The notes below the pieces were generated by a model. The model ran no database searches. It had not been told where the DNA came from and was given only the letters and a program-made list of their open reading frames with translations. Both the position numbers and the translations under genes were made by a program. Positions 26,637 to 35,695 of a DNA stretch of 64,000 nucleotides are shown piece after piece. The stretch lies in sequence record OR449013; one strand, 5' to 3'. Source of the DNA: Escherichia phage Mangalyan. Every line of letters starts with the position of its first letter. Position 1 is the stretch's first letter.

Positions 26637-27106
26637 ATGTTGTTAATATTATAGAGTGTAGCATGGTTGACGGCCCAGGCATTAGGACAACGGTGTTCTG
26701 TTCTGGTTGTCCACATCACTGCGTTGGTTGCCAAAACAAAAGTGTTTGGTCACCCGCTAAAGGGGAACCGTTAACAAATGACACAATTGAGAGTATACTT
26801 CACTCTATAGAGCCGAAACATATTACTGGCGTTACATTATGCGGTGGCGAACCTTTAGCGCCTTACAATATCGATGGTATGTACTCGATCATTCTCGCTA
26901 TCCGTGAACGCTTCGGCAACACAAAAACTATCTGGGTGTACACAGGGTATTTGTTTGAAGAAGTCCCAGGTTATATTAAAGATAGTGTCGATTACATTAT
27001 GGATGGTAAGTACGAAAAAGATAACCCCACCAAAAAACCATTCAGAGGTAGTGATAACCAAAGAATGTTTAAAAAAGTATCAGGCGGTTGGGTTCAGGTA
27101 GACTAG
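26633..27106 (+). CDS. nrdG: anaerobic ribonucleotide reductase activating protein NrdG (radical SAM)
   Basis: Cys cluster FCSGCPHHCVGCQN (C-x3-C-x2-C) near N-terminus, GGEP motif; 157 aa. Confidence 0.85.
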   Translation: MNVVNIIECSMVDGPGIRTTVFCSGCPHHCVGCQNKSVWSPAKGEPLTNDTIESILHSIEPKHITGVTLCGGEPLAPYNIDGMYSIILAIRERFGNTKTIWVYTGYLFEEVPGYIKDSVDYIMDGKYEKDNPTKKPFRGSDNQRMFKKVSGGWVQVD

Positions 27107-27109
27107 CTG

Positions 27110-27139
27110 TTGACAAAGCTTTGTTTAGATAGGTATAAT
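27110..27139 (+). promoter_or_regulatory. sigma70-like promoter
   Basis: TTGACA 27110-27115, 18-bp spacer, TATAAT 27134-27139. Confidence 0.65.
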
Positions 27140-27170
27140 TATCGTAAAATGAAAGCAGAGGAGGTGCCAA

Positions 27171-27284
27171 ATGGCTAAAAAAGCCTTGAAGAAGGCGTAC
27201 AAAAAAGAAATTGCGCTTGAGCTCAAGAAAAAACACAAGCGTGAAAAGAAACATCATGAGGATGAAGAGGAGCTGCAACAGTGA
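27171..27284 (+). CDS. small basic protein (37 aa)
   Basis: below ORF-track cutoff; ATG 7 nt after GAGGAGG; Lys-rich then acidic tail. Confidence 0.5.
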   Translation: MAKKALKKAYKKEIALELKKKHKREKKHHEDEEELQQ

Positions 27285-27631
27285 CACAAGAACGTATCGA
27301 TTTGGCTAATAAGTTTGTAGATCTCATTTTGCCACGGTTAGTTACTCAACATGCAGACGCTATTTCTACTAATCTTGATGGCTTACGCCTAATGCTGAAT
27401 CGCACAGATGACCCTCGCATTCGGGCTGATTTAGAAGCCTCTGCCAACAAACTGGAAAAGTTCTTGCAAGTAGATACGCAAGAAGCCTTACACAAGATTA
27501 TGGTGGAAGGTTTCTCTAAAGAATTTACCATTAAAGAGCTTAAGGAGCTGATCCACCAAGAAGAGATGAATATCCGAGTTCAGGCTGTTGCAAGCAGCAT
27601 GGAAGCGGCTATTGAAAAACTGTTGCAGTAA
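27281..27631 (+). CDS. hypothetical protein (116 aa)
   Basis: GTG start overlapping upstream stop. Confidence 0.45.
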   Translation: MTQERIDLANKFVDLILPRLVTQHADAISTNLDGLRLMLNRTDDPRIRADLEASANKLEKFLQVDTQEALHKIMVEGFSKEFTIKELKELIHQEEMNIRVQAVASSMEAAIEKLLQ

Positions 27632-27669
27632 AAGTACTTGGCACATCTCAATCTGAAAGGAGTCCCAAC

Positions 27670-28458
27670 ATGGGTCGAGCTAAAGAAACAAAACGCATGC
27701 GTGATGAAGCTAGAGAGGCTCGCAAATCTGATCGCCTGCGCAAGGCTGCTGAGAAATTTGCTGACGAAAGAGAGCACACCGCTCCAGCTCTCCGACCAAT
27801 GAATAAGAAGCAGCAAAAGTATCTTGATTATCTAGGGTCACGTAAGATTATCATTGTAAACGGTGTGTTTGGATCCGGTAAGACATTCATGGCATCTGCA
27901 TATGCAGGTGATCTTCTGCGTAAGAACGAGATTGATAAGATCATTGTTGCACGTCCTTACGTTCAGACAGGAAAGACTTCAGGATTTAAACCTGGAAATG
28001 CAATGCAGAAACTGTGGCCCTATCTTCGAAGCATGATGGACACGATTTGTCGTCGTGTTGGCAAAGGTGCTTTTGCCGCAATGCTGGGAGACGGTCAGAA
28101 CAGTCGTATCGAGATTTGTGAAGTTGAAAGCATTCGTGGTCGTAGTTTCGATGAGCGATGCTTTGTCCTGATTGACGAGGCACAGCAAACTAACCCTGAA
28201 GAAATGTTGTCAATTATCACAAGGATCTCTGATCAGGCCACCCTTGTAATCATGGGCGATAATAGCCAACGTGACATCCCTGGTAAATCTGGACTTGCAT
28301 GGGTGACGGATTTCTTTACTCGTCATCCAGATCCTGAGGTTGGAATGATCAGCTTTGATAGTCCAGACGATGTCGTTCGTTCCGGATTGGGTCGTCAGAT
28401 TGCACTCAATCTTATTGAGGATCGTGCAAATCATATTTGGACCCCTGTTTCCGAGTAA
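27670..28458 (+). CDS. phoH: PhoH-like ATPase
   Basis: Walker A GVFGSGKT, Walker B-like VLIDEAQ, PhoH-type GDNSQRD; 262 aa. Confidence 0.85.
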   Translation: MGRAKETKRMRDEAREARKSDRLRKAAEKFADEREHTAPALRPMNKKQQKYLDYLGSRKIIIVNGVFGSGKTFMASAYAGDLLRKNEIDKIIVARPYVQTGKTSGFKPGNAMQKLWPYLRSMMDTICRRVGKGAFAAMLGDGQNSRIEICEVESIRGRSFDERCFVLIDEAQQTNPEEMLSIITRISDQATLVIMGDNSQRDIPGKSGLAWVTDFFTRHPDPEVGMISFDSPDDVVRSGLGRQIALNLIEDRANHIWTPVSE

Positions 28459-28502
28459 CACAGAAGGGTGGTTATTCCACCCTTAGATATCTAAAACAGT
28501 TG

Positions 28503-28531
28503 TTGACAAACAGGTAAGCTTTAGATATTAT
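28503..28531 (+). promoter_or_regulatory. sigma70-like promoter
   Basis: TTGACA 28503-28508, 17-bp spacer, TATTAT 28526-28531; preceded by hairpin GGGTGG-TTATTCC-ACCC at 28467-28483. Confidence 0.65.
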
Positions 28532-28556
28532 TATCGGACAAGGAGAAGGAGATAGT

Positions 28557-28868
28557 ATGGCTACAGTACAAGAGAAACTGAATAAAATATACTGCCTGTT
28601 TGTCTATAACGGCGAGACAATTCTGGCATATAAAGGATCCAAGAATGTATGGATCAAGGACAGTGGTGGTAATATAATCAACTTAGCGTTGCTACGTGAG
28701 CGCCGACACAGATTCTTTATCGAGTCTCGGATTATTGAAAGCAGCACCTGCTACAGAACAGGCGATAAAGTAATTGTTGACAATGATACGTGGTATGTGG
28801 TAGACTGGCAATCACTGAGCTGTGATGCTTCTGACAATCGTAAGTACTCTATAGTGATTGCTAAATAA
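28557..28868 (+). CDS. hypothetical protein (103 aa)
   Basis: ATG after AAGGAGAAGGAG. Confidence 0.55.
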   Translation: MATVQEKLNKIYCLFVYNGETILAYKGSKNVWIKDSGGNIINLALLRERRHRFFIESRIIESSTCYRTGDKVIVDNDTWYVVDWQSLSCDASDNRKYSIVIAK

Positions 28869-28928
28869 AGGTAAATGTGAATCAGGTTTAAATAAATAGC
28901 TTTCAACTTCCAATATTAAGGATCTCTC

Positions 28929-29978
28929 ATGAATTTAACACCTCGCAGCACCATGGTACACGGCATGAAAGAAAAACAGAACGGTTTCGAACCTATGAGT
29001 AATAAAATGTTTGGTATGCCGGGGGGTATTATGGAAACATATAGCTACCCAACACCTGTTGTTGACCACGTTCTTTATATCGACGATTTGGAAGACTTAC
29101 AAGATCATATGTCTCGTCTGCAGACGATCCGTATGGCTCAGCCGGAAGAAAGCATTCGGGTGATCATCAATAGCCCAGGGGGCTGCGTGCACATTGCAAT
29201 GGCTTATTTGCAGGCATTCCGCGAGTCTCAGGCAAGCGTTGTTGCACACGCTGAAGGGATGTGCTGCTCGGCAGGAACAATCTTATGGCTGGGCTGCAAA
29301 GAACGAACTGTGGCTCCGGACACAGAATTTATGTTCCACTACTATCAAGGTGGCACCTATGGTAACGGTGTGAACATGAATACCCAGATCAACTACTGGA
29401 AGAAACGTTTTGAACGCCTGATCGAAAAATACTACGGTGGGGTGTTAACAGAAGATGAGATCGCATCCATCACAGCTGGCGGTGAAGTGTGGTTAGATGG
29501 AGAAGAACTGGCATCTAGAACTGGTGCTATCATTCTGGACGATGAAAACATTCAGCGCATTCAGAATGGACAGAAACCGAAAAAGCTTTTGGCAAAAAGT
29601 GATGAAGAAGGTGTGCTAGGCGAAGCAGGCCTGCCAGAGATTCACCAATGCACATCTCTGGACGAGCTGGTTCATGCTGTTGAGTCTGCAAAAGCAAATG
29701 GTATGAAAGATGATGTTCACACTGTGTTCCTGAATCTGCAGATGGAAAGTGGCGAGACCGTCCGGATCGCCCTGGGTGAAATTACTTCAGAAGATCTGCA
29801 GCGATTCTCTGTCGTCGAACTTCAGGATATTCTGTCTCAATTGAAGACTACTCTGAACGGCGGTGAAGAGGTTAAGGTGAAAGACAAGACCCGCAAGCGT
29901 CTGATGGACAATATCATTAAAACAGCAAAAGAGCTCAATGAAAAAATCCTGGGTGCAGGAATTGTCGAAGAAGCTTAA
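28929..29978 (+). CDS. ClpP-like serine peptidase (S14 fold) with C-terminal extension
   Basis: IRVIINSPGG, GMCCSAGT (Ser in G-x-S-x-G-like context), FMFHYYQ (His) in ClpP order; 349 aa. Confidence 0.65.
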   Translation: MNLTPRSTMVHGMKEKQNGFEPMSNKMFGMPGGIMETYSYPTPVVDHVLYIDDLEDLQDHMSRLQTIRMAQPEESIRVIINSPGGCVHIAMAYLQAFRESQASVVAHAEGMCCSAGTILWLGCKERTVAPDTEFMFHYYQGGTYGNGVNMNTQINYWKKRFERLIEKYYGGVLTEDEIASITAGGEVWLDGEELASRTGAIILDDENIQRIQNGQKPKKLLAKSDEEGVLGEAGLPEIHQCTSLDELVHAVESAKANGMKDDVHTVFLNLQMESGETVRIALGEITSEDLQRFSVVELQDILSQLKTTLNGGEEVKVKDKTRKRLMDNIIKTAKELNEKILGAGIVEEA

Positions 29979-29991
29979 ACATTAATTCTAA

Positions 29992-30014
29992 AGCCCTCTT
30001 CGGAGGGCTTTTAT
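29992..30014 (+). terminator. rho-independent terminator
   Basis: AGCCCTC TTCG GAGGGCT followed by TTTTA. Confidence 0.65.
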
Positions 30015-30029
30015 GATCTGGAGATTTGC

Positions 30030-30563
30030 ATGACTTGTGCTAGAAAACCTGATGAACAACGTAACGCCTACGATGAGTATGTGACACCGGAGTGGTGTGC
30101 AGAAGGGCTGTATGACCTTATTCCGTTCCCAGAAGACTGGACCTACTTAGAGCCTTGCAGGAATAGTGCCTCAGGTGTGTTCTACTCCCGTATGCCGTTA
30201 GGATCTGCATGGGGAGAAATACAAGAAGGTGTTGACTATCTGAATACAGAATACAACCATGTTGACTGTATTATCACCAACCCACCATACAGCCTGGCTC
30301 GTGAGTTTGTAGACAAGGCGTTGAAAGATGCTGACGTAGTTATTATGCTTTTGCGTCTTAATTTTCTGGAAAGCAAAGCCAGATTTGAATGGTGGCTTGA
30401 TAATGCACCTACTACTGTGATCACAATATCTAAGCGTCCATCATTTCAATCAAACGGCAGAACTGACGGGCAAGCATATGCATATTTTGTGTGGGATAAG
30501 AAAAACCGTTTAGACTTGCCGCCGTTTATGTGGTTGGCACCCCCAGAGGTAGACCTGAAATGA
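30030..30563 (+). CDS. short gamma-class methyltransferase catalytic domain (NPPY motif)
   Basis: YVTPEW, LEPCRNSASG (motif I-like), IITNPPYS (motif IV); only 177 aa, no obvious target-recognition domain. Confidence 0.6.
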   Translation: MTCARKPDEQRNAYDEYVTPEWCAEGLYDLIPFPEDWTYLEPCRNSASGVFYSRMPLGSAWGEIQEGVDYLNTEYNHVDCIITNPPYSLAREFVDKALKDADVVIMLLRLNFLESKARFEWWLDNAPTTVITISKRPSFQSNGRTDGQAYAYFVWDKKNRLDLPPFMWLAPPEVDLK

Positions 30564-30844
30564 AAATGAGTGCTAAGGACAAATTACACCAGCTAGCGCT
30601 AAAACGCCCTGTAACGCTCCCTGACGAGCTTAACTCCATTTATGATGCGATTGTAGGGGAGATACAAAATAAAGCGTTAGCAGGCTTTCTGGGGTGCGGA
30701 TTTTCGATAAATCTACCCTCGCATCTCTCAGATTACTTCCCGCACATTGTTGGAGATTTAAGGGCAGGAGGTCTGCAGGTAGATGTTGTTGGCATCTCCC
30801 CAGAGAAAAATAATACGGTTGCCTACTTGACAGTAACCTGGTAG
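30560..30844 (+). CDS. hypothetical protein (about 94 aa)
   Basis: ATG 30560 overlaps stop of methyltransferase ORF (ATGA), GAGG upstream. Confidence 0.45.
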   Translation: MKMSAKDKLHQLALKRPVTLPDELNSIYDAIVGEIQNKALAGFLGCGFSINLPSHLSDYFPHIVGDLRAGGLQVDVVGISPEKNNTVAYLTVTW

Positions 30845-30880
30845 TTGTGTATTGTTGTTTTCAACAAGAGGGGGTCATTT

Positions 30881-31120
30881 ATGTACAAGTCATTTTCAAT
30901 CTACTCAAGACAGGCGAAACACTACACAGAGATCCTGATCACTCAGAAAAAATCTGTGGAAGGTGAGTGGGAATATCACCATAAAATGTTGCGTCCAGAC
31001 TGGGTTTTTGATAGACTTATTGCTATGATCCCTCTCGGAGAAGTATACCCTCTGACAGCCCATCGCGATGCTTGGGATTTAATTGATTACATAGATTCAT
31101 TTAAGGAGCCTAGATTATGA
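30881..31120 (+). CDS. hypothetical protein (79 aa)
   Basis: ATG after AGAGGGGG. Confidence 0.5.
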   Translation: MYKSFSIYSRQAKHYTEILITQKKSVEGEWEYHHKMLRPDWVFDRLIAMIPLGEVYPLTAHRDAWDLIDYIDSFKEPRL

Positions 31121-31515
31121 AGATTGAGATTACTAAAGAAGGTAAGAAAGTGTCCGGCAACTATGCAACAGTAATTCGGGATTTAATGTTTGAAGCCACC
31201 AAGATCGGTACATCTAAAGTTGGTCAAACTGTTAGTGTGAAAAGTAATATCTCCACAGGAGAGAAGGTATTCATTGTGGTCAAAGGGCAGGATCCCGTGG
31301 AAGGAACAGTGGGCCGAGGTGGCTACCTGTGCATTTCTGAAGAGCCGCGTATGTTAGTGGCTGACGCTACTATGGGTGGGAAACGTGTGTGCGAGGCGGA
31401 TGAGGTAATGATTATCCAACCTGTTGATCCAGATGACCCAGCAACTTGGGTGGTAGGAAATGAAATCTTCTCTTTAGAAGAGTTATCCTTCCCAGCACCG
31501 CGCTCTGTTCAGTAA
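31117..31515 (+). CDS. small acidic protein (132 aa), MKIEI-type family
   Basis: starts MKIEIT; AAGGAG RBS; overlaps upstream stop. Confidence 0.55.
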   Translation: MKIEITKEGKKVSGNYATVIRDLMFEATKIGTSKVGQTVSVKSNISTGEKVFIVVKGQDPVEGTVGRGGYLCISEEPRMLVADATMGGKRVCEADEVMIIQPVDPDDPATWVVGNEIFSLEELSFPAPRSVQ

Positions 31516-31554
31516 TAATTTATCTTACCAGGGACGGTAGAAGCAGGAGGTAGC

Positions 31555-31788
31555 ATGAAAGTTAAATTTCTTACAGATTTAGGGTACCCTTCCTTGGTTG
31601 ACTGCGTTGGTAAAATTGTGGAAGCAAAACGGCTATCTGCAAACGAGAATGTTGTCCTGGTTAAGGGAAAGGATTTACTAGCTGCAGGTGCAGAGTCTGG
31701 CAGGATCTCTCCTGACTATACATATTACCTATCTTTAAGTAATCTGCCAGAACGAGGCGGCAAAGGCCTTGAAGTTGTGGAGGAGTGA
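31555..31788 (+). CDS. small protein, paralogue family A (77 aa)
   Basis: MKVKFL ... VLVKGKDLLAAGAESG shared with 35212, 35429, 37304. Confidence 0.6.
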   Translation: MKVKFLTDLGYPSLVDCVGKIVEAKRLSANENVVLVKGKDLLAAGAESGRISPDYTYYLSLSNLPERGGKGLEVVEE

Positions 31789-31793
31789 CAGGT

Positions 31794-32318
31794 ATGCTTC
31801 TTATTAACTGGGAAGACCTCTATGGGGACAAAGACCCTGTTGCGTTTGTTGATCGTAGATGGAGATATACTGAAGAACAACTGGCTGCAAAAAATTTAAC
31901 TGCGAAACGCAGAAAGATTATCCAGTGCAAGTACAAATACGCACAGTTTGCTGCAAAAGTGTCTCCACAAATCGAGAGCTTTGTACTTAAATTGTATGAC
32001 GAGTATCTCAAATTCAAATTGGATTTTGTGCAGGTATACCGTGCACAGGTACGCCCAGATACCAGCATTTGCAGATGGAAGGTTGTTTGTGACGGTAAAG
32101 CTTTGCCGATCAGCTTGACAATTGAGCAGCGTTGGGGGTATCATGAGTGTGGTCTGTATGAGACTTGGGATGTCATTGTAGATCCTGCTAAGTACCTGAA
32201 CACAGAGGAGCTGGAATATATCAATAAGGTTATTCTAGATATGTTTTTCAACTACACCCGTGAAAACTCTGAGAAAGAACGAGATAATTTTCTTGACACC
32301 ATCAGCAACCATCTGTAG
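31794..32318 (+). CDS. hypothetical protein (174 aa)
   Basis: ATG 31794 nine nt after GGAGGA. Confidence 0.5.
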   Translation: MLLINWEDLYGDKDPVAFVDRRWRYTEEQLAAKNLTAKRRKIIQCKYKYAQFAAKVSPQIESFVLKLYDEYLKFKLDFVQVYRAQVRPDTSICRWKVVCDGKALPISLTIEQRWGYHECGLYETWDVIVDPAKYLNTEELEYINKVILDMFFNYTRENSEKERDNFLDTISNHL

Positions 32319-32348
32319 TATATAATTTAACCTACAAAGAGAGGACTA

Positions 32349-32585
32349 ATGAGTATAGATGTTGCGCTAATAGGTTACCTGGTAATAGCCGTTATAACGG
32401 CAGTATTCTTGACAGGTGTATGCATCGTGTCCACACGAAGGGTGAAGTTTGATGATTTTATCACTATCATCACTGCTGCACCTTTTTGGCCTGTTGTTAT
32501 CTTCATCGTGATAATGTGCCTGGTGGATTACTACAAGAATACCCGTAAGGAGAAAAAGGAGAGTAGGGATGGAGACTGCACCTAA
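32349..32585 (+). CDS. small membrane protein (78 aa, two hydrophobic segments)
   Basis: hydrophobic IGYLVIAVITAVFLTGVCIV and FWPVVIFIVIMCLV. Confidence 0.5.
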   Translation: MSIDVALIGYLVIAVITAVFLTGVCIVSTRRVKFDDFITIITAAPFWPVVIFIVIMCLVDYYKNTRKEKKESRDGDCT

Positions 32586-32804
32586 AACTGTTTATACTGT
32601 TCTTAAAGAGATTGCGTTCTACGCAGATCTTAGCCAGGCACCTTTATGGGAAAAGAGCATGTATTTAAAATGGTGCATTAATTTAGGGAGATCTTCCAGT
32701 GTTTCAAGCCATGTTTATTGAAATGCTATCTGGGGTATTGTTACTGGTAACCATCTTAGGTGGTGCAGTTCTGATGTATAACTATCTTGAAAAAGGAGAC
32801 AGCA

Positions 32805-32990
32805 ATGGTAAAAAATAAATCTTTAGAGCAGGCTGAAAACCTTCTCCACGAGCTGGTAAAGGAGTGGAAAGTTGAATACTCAGATTTTAATGCAAGAGAG
32901 GGGGAAGATTATTGGCCTACGGAGCGCTCAGAGGGAGAGTGGTATCAAGATTTCATAGAATGGTTATATCAGACGTGTGATGAGGGGTGA
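32805..32990 (+). CDS. hypothetical protein (61 aa)
   Basis: ATG 32805 after AAAGGAGAC. Confidence 0.45.
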   Translation: MVKNKSLEQAENLLHELVKEWKVEYSDFNAREGEDYWPTERSEGEWYQDFIEWLYQTCDEG

Positions 32991-32992
32991 CG

Positions 32993-33448
32993 ATGTTTGT
33001 TAAATATGTAAAAACGTGCCTCAACAACCTTGGTAGAGAGCATTGGTACACCTTGCTTGAAAAAGGAGAAATTTTAACAAAATCTGGAAAGATAACTTTG
33101 ATACCCTTGGATGATAAAGACCCGTCACTACTTGTCATAGATGATTACGTTACAGGTGTGTCGTACGAGGTCTCTGTGGAGAGGTTAATACGCAGATCTG
33201 GAGGGCCTTATGACCGAAGAGAGTATGTTTTCGATTCTGTTACAGAGAAGGAGGATCCGTCTCTAATGTTTAGGATGGTAATCAGGGATATGAAATCATC
33301 TATAAATAGGATCGTAAAGGACATTAAAGAGCCTTTTAGGGTAAAAGTTAAGAAGTTTTTTGATTCTAAGATTAACATACTCGCCGTTGTACTAGGCGTA
33401 ATTCAACTTCTGTTAATTTTGCACTATCTTGAACTGTTGTTCAAGTAG
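32993..33448 (+). CDS. hypothetical protein with C-terminal membrane anchor
   Basis: ATG after GAGGGG; C-terminal ILAVVLGVIQLLLILHYL. Confidence 0.45.
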   Translation: MFVKYVKTCLNNLGREHWYTLLEKGEILTKSGKITLIPLDDKDPSLLVIDDYVTGVSYEVSVERLIRRSGGPYDRREYVFDSVTEKEDPSLMFRMVIRDMKSSINRIVKDIKEPFRVKVKKFFDSKINILAVVLGVIQLLLILHYLELLFK

Positions 33449-33508
33449 TGTGCAACAAGGCACAAAGGAGGTGCCATGATTAAATAAACTAAGAAAGAGG
33501 TAGAGAGA

Positions 33509-33856
33509 ATGCCAAAGATTAAGTCGGTATTAATGTGGGCAGCTGTTGTAGCTTTTGTAGGATACTGGACTTGGGAAACTGAATTAAAAGATATCGGATA
33601 TACCAGTCTTGAGAGCAAGGCATGCATTGGCATAACCGATGCATTCAGGCAAAATGCTATGGATCACGAATGTGTTGATGCAGATATAGATGAGAAACTG
33701 TCTAAGGACAAGGATTTTTACCATGGTCATGCCTTGCTTGATAGTGGTGACACTGTGGAATTCTGGTCGTGGTTCCGTGAAGATGGAACAATAAAGACAG
33801 CAGTAAAGATTTCCAACAAAGAGTTAATGCTGTTGCAGCAGAAGGAGGTGCAATGA
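33509..33856 (+). CDS. hypothetical protein with N-terminal signal/anchor (115 aa)
   Basis: AGAAAGAGG RBS; N-terminal VLMWAAVVAFVGYW. Confidence 0.5.
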   Translation: MPKIKSVLMWAAVVAFVGYWTWETELKDIGYTSLESKACIGITDAFRQNAMDHECVDADIDEKLSKDKDFYHGHALLDSGDTVEFWSWFREDGTIKTAVKISNKELMLLQQKEVQ

Positions 33857-34140
33857 TTTGGATATCCTACACTGATGGCACCATGCTGTATACCGCAGGT
33901 ACTAGGTATGAAGTTCAGGAGGACGATAAAAAATTTATCGTAAAAACATTTGACAAGGACGACAACCTTTTGCTAGAGTTAACTTACAAAGTTGGAGAGG
34001 TATCCAATATCCAGCTGGATTGCGGTCATAAAGATAATCCACTCAAAAAACCTGGGATAGGCAAGGCTTCAGAAGAACGTTTGTCTCGTGTTGCAGAAAG
34101 CGTTTCTCCCCAAAAATCTAAGAAGAGGATTAGAAAATGA
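33853..34140 (+). CDS. hypothetical protein (95 aa)
   Basis: AAGGAGG RBS, overlaps upstream stop. Confidence 0.5.
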   Translation: MIWISYTDGTMLYTAGTRYEVQEDDKKFIVKTFDKDDNLLLELTYKVGEVSNIQLDCGHKDNPLKKPGIGKASEERLSRVAESVSPQKSKKRIRK

Positions 34141-34337
34141 GTGACAAAATTCTTAAATTTAATACCTACTATGAGAATGATTTGAACGATCTGTATTATA
34201 TAGTGCGTAGCGAAAACCCAAATGTAGTACTGTTTTGTCGAGAACCTTTCAAAAAAGAGGAGATTGAATCTACCATGAATGTGGATCAGATTTCACACCT
34301 GCTGCTCCTTGGATCATTAAAAGAGGCTGTATTCTAA
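34137..34337 (+). CDS. hypothetical protein (66 aa)
   Basis: overlaps upstream stop by 4 nt. Confidence 0.45.
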   Translation: MSDKILKFNTYYENDLNDLYYIVRSENPNVVLFCREPFKKEEIESTMNVDQISHLLLLGSLKEAVF

Positions 34338-34356
34338 ACCAGGGTGGAGGGTTTTT

Positions 34357-34542
34357 ATGAAGCACTACTGTCTGTCTGGTAGAATGGGTGCAGATTGTGA
34401 TTGGGTTTTCTTGAAACTTGTCAGTATTCGAGAGTTCATTCCAGAGGAAGAGCAAGAAAGCGAGCTGATGTCATGGATCAACCATTACGGTAACACTTTT
34501 AGGCATGTTAAGGTGGAAGAGTTGCCAAGCGAGGCTGATTGA
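34357..34542 (+). CDS. hypothetical protein (61 aa)
   Basis: ATG after GGGTGGAGGG. Confidence 0.45.
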   Translation: MKHYCLSGRMGADCDWVFLKLVSIREFIPEEEQESELMSWINHYGNTFRHVKVEELPSEAD

Positions 34543-34544
34543 CT

Positions 34545-34634
34545 ATGATTGCATCAATATTAACGTTTATGGGTGGCGTGGCATTCGGATTCATTGTTTG
34601 CCTGTTTATAGTGATTATGTCTATGCGAGGCTGA
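34545..34634 (+). CDS. hydrophobic mini-protein (29 aa, single TM)
   Basis: below ORF-track cutoff; MIASILTFMGGVAFGFIVCLFIVIMSMRG; packed between neighbours. Confidence 0.35.
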   Translation: MIASILTFMGGVAFGFIVCLFIVIMSMRG

Positions 34635-34637
34635 ATT

Positions 34638-34931
34638 ATGAAACTTTTTGAGTGGTTTAAAAAGTTTAAATATAAAGCTGTAGCCATCGTGCCGTGGTCC
34701 ATTCAGTGGGTGGACGATGAGGGATTACCAATTCCAGGTGATAAAGACACGGGATACTGGATCATGCTTGAGAACGGGTTCGGTAAACGGAAATATTCCT
34801 GCACGGATACCTCAGGAGCATCTTTTAGGAGAATTCCTGGGTATAAATGTATGATTGTGTGGAAGATGTCTGGTGTACCTCCGGCTAATGCACAATATCT
34901 TACTACCAATCCAACCACAGAAGAGGACTAG
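34638..34931 (+). CDS. hypothetical protein (97 aa)
   Basis: ORF in packed array. Confidence 0.45.
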   Translation: MKLFEWFKKFKYKAVAIVPWSIQWVDDEGLPIPGDKDTGYWIMLENGFGKRKYSCTDTSGASFRRIPGYKCMIVWKMSGVPPANAQYLTTNPTTEED

Positions 34932-34933
34932 TA

Positions 34934-35215
34934 ATGAAAAAGATTTGCGATACAGATGTGGAGTTCAAGGTGTGTAGTAAGGAGACCTATTGGGAAGTGA
35001 GACAAAAGGTATATTTGTTTGGACTTATCCCATATTGGTCTAAATTCTACTGGGGAGCAGATGAATTAGGGAGATATGCCACCAAAGCTATGGCGCTTAT
35101 AGGTATAGCTGAATATATTGCTGCTAGGGACAGGGCTGGAAAAACCTGCTACTACACTGCTGACGAGATTCGTAACAGTGTTTACGTCCCCCAACCACCT
35201 GAAGGAGACCGTTGA
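34934..35215 (+). CDS. hypothetical protein (93 aa)
   Basis: ATG after AGAGGA. Confidence 0.5.
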   Translation: MKKICDTDVEFKVCSKETYWEVRQKVYLFGLIPYWSKFYWGADELGRYATKAMALIGIAEYIAARDRAGKTCYYTADEIRNSVYVPQPPEGDR

Positions 35216-35439
35216 TGAAAGTTAAAGTTTTAGATTCAAGCTTCTATATTGGTCAGGAGCCTTTAGTGGGTAAAGTGTTTACCGCTGTCCCTAACGAAGA
35301 TTACCCTGACCTTTTAAAAATAAAGGGTGCAGATCTTATTGCCGCTGGTGCATCTCAGGACTGCTTTGACAGCCAGTGGACCTACAACTTTGCCCTAGGT
35401 GAGGATGTGGAGATAATGGAGGACGATCATGAAGGTTAA
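35212..35439 (+). CDS. small protein, paralogue family A (75 aa)
   Basis: MMKVKVLDSSFYIGQEPLVGKV ... LKIKGADLIAAGASQD. Confidence 0.6.
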   Translation: MMKVKVLDSSFYIGQEPLVGKVFTAVPNEDYPDLLKIKGADLIAAGASQDCFDSQWTYNFALGEDVEIMEDDHEG

Positions 35440-35683
35440 AATTCTTGATTCTAACGTCTACTTGGGGCAATCCTTTCTTAAAGGGAAGGTTGTACCTGCG
35501 GTATACTTCGAAGGGTTGCCGTGGGATGATCCTGTGCGGCAACATCACAGTTATGTAGGCCACAACGTGGTGTTTATCTTAGGATCAGACCTGATCACCG
35601 CTGGTGCACCTGAATATTATTTCGGGGAAGAGTCCTATTATGCCTTTGGGGTAGGTTCAGATGCAGATATTGTAGAGCTGTGA
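35429..35683 (+). CDS. small protein, paralogue family A (84 aa)
   Basis: MKVKILDSNVYLGQSFLKGKV ... ILGSDLITAGAPEY. Confidence 0.6.
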   Translation: MKVKILDSNVYLGQSFLKGKVVPAVYFEGLPWDDPVRQHHSYVGHNVVFILGSDLITAGAPEYYFGEESYYAFGVGSDADIVEL

Positions 35684-35695
35684 TGGGTAACCGTT

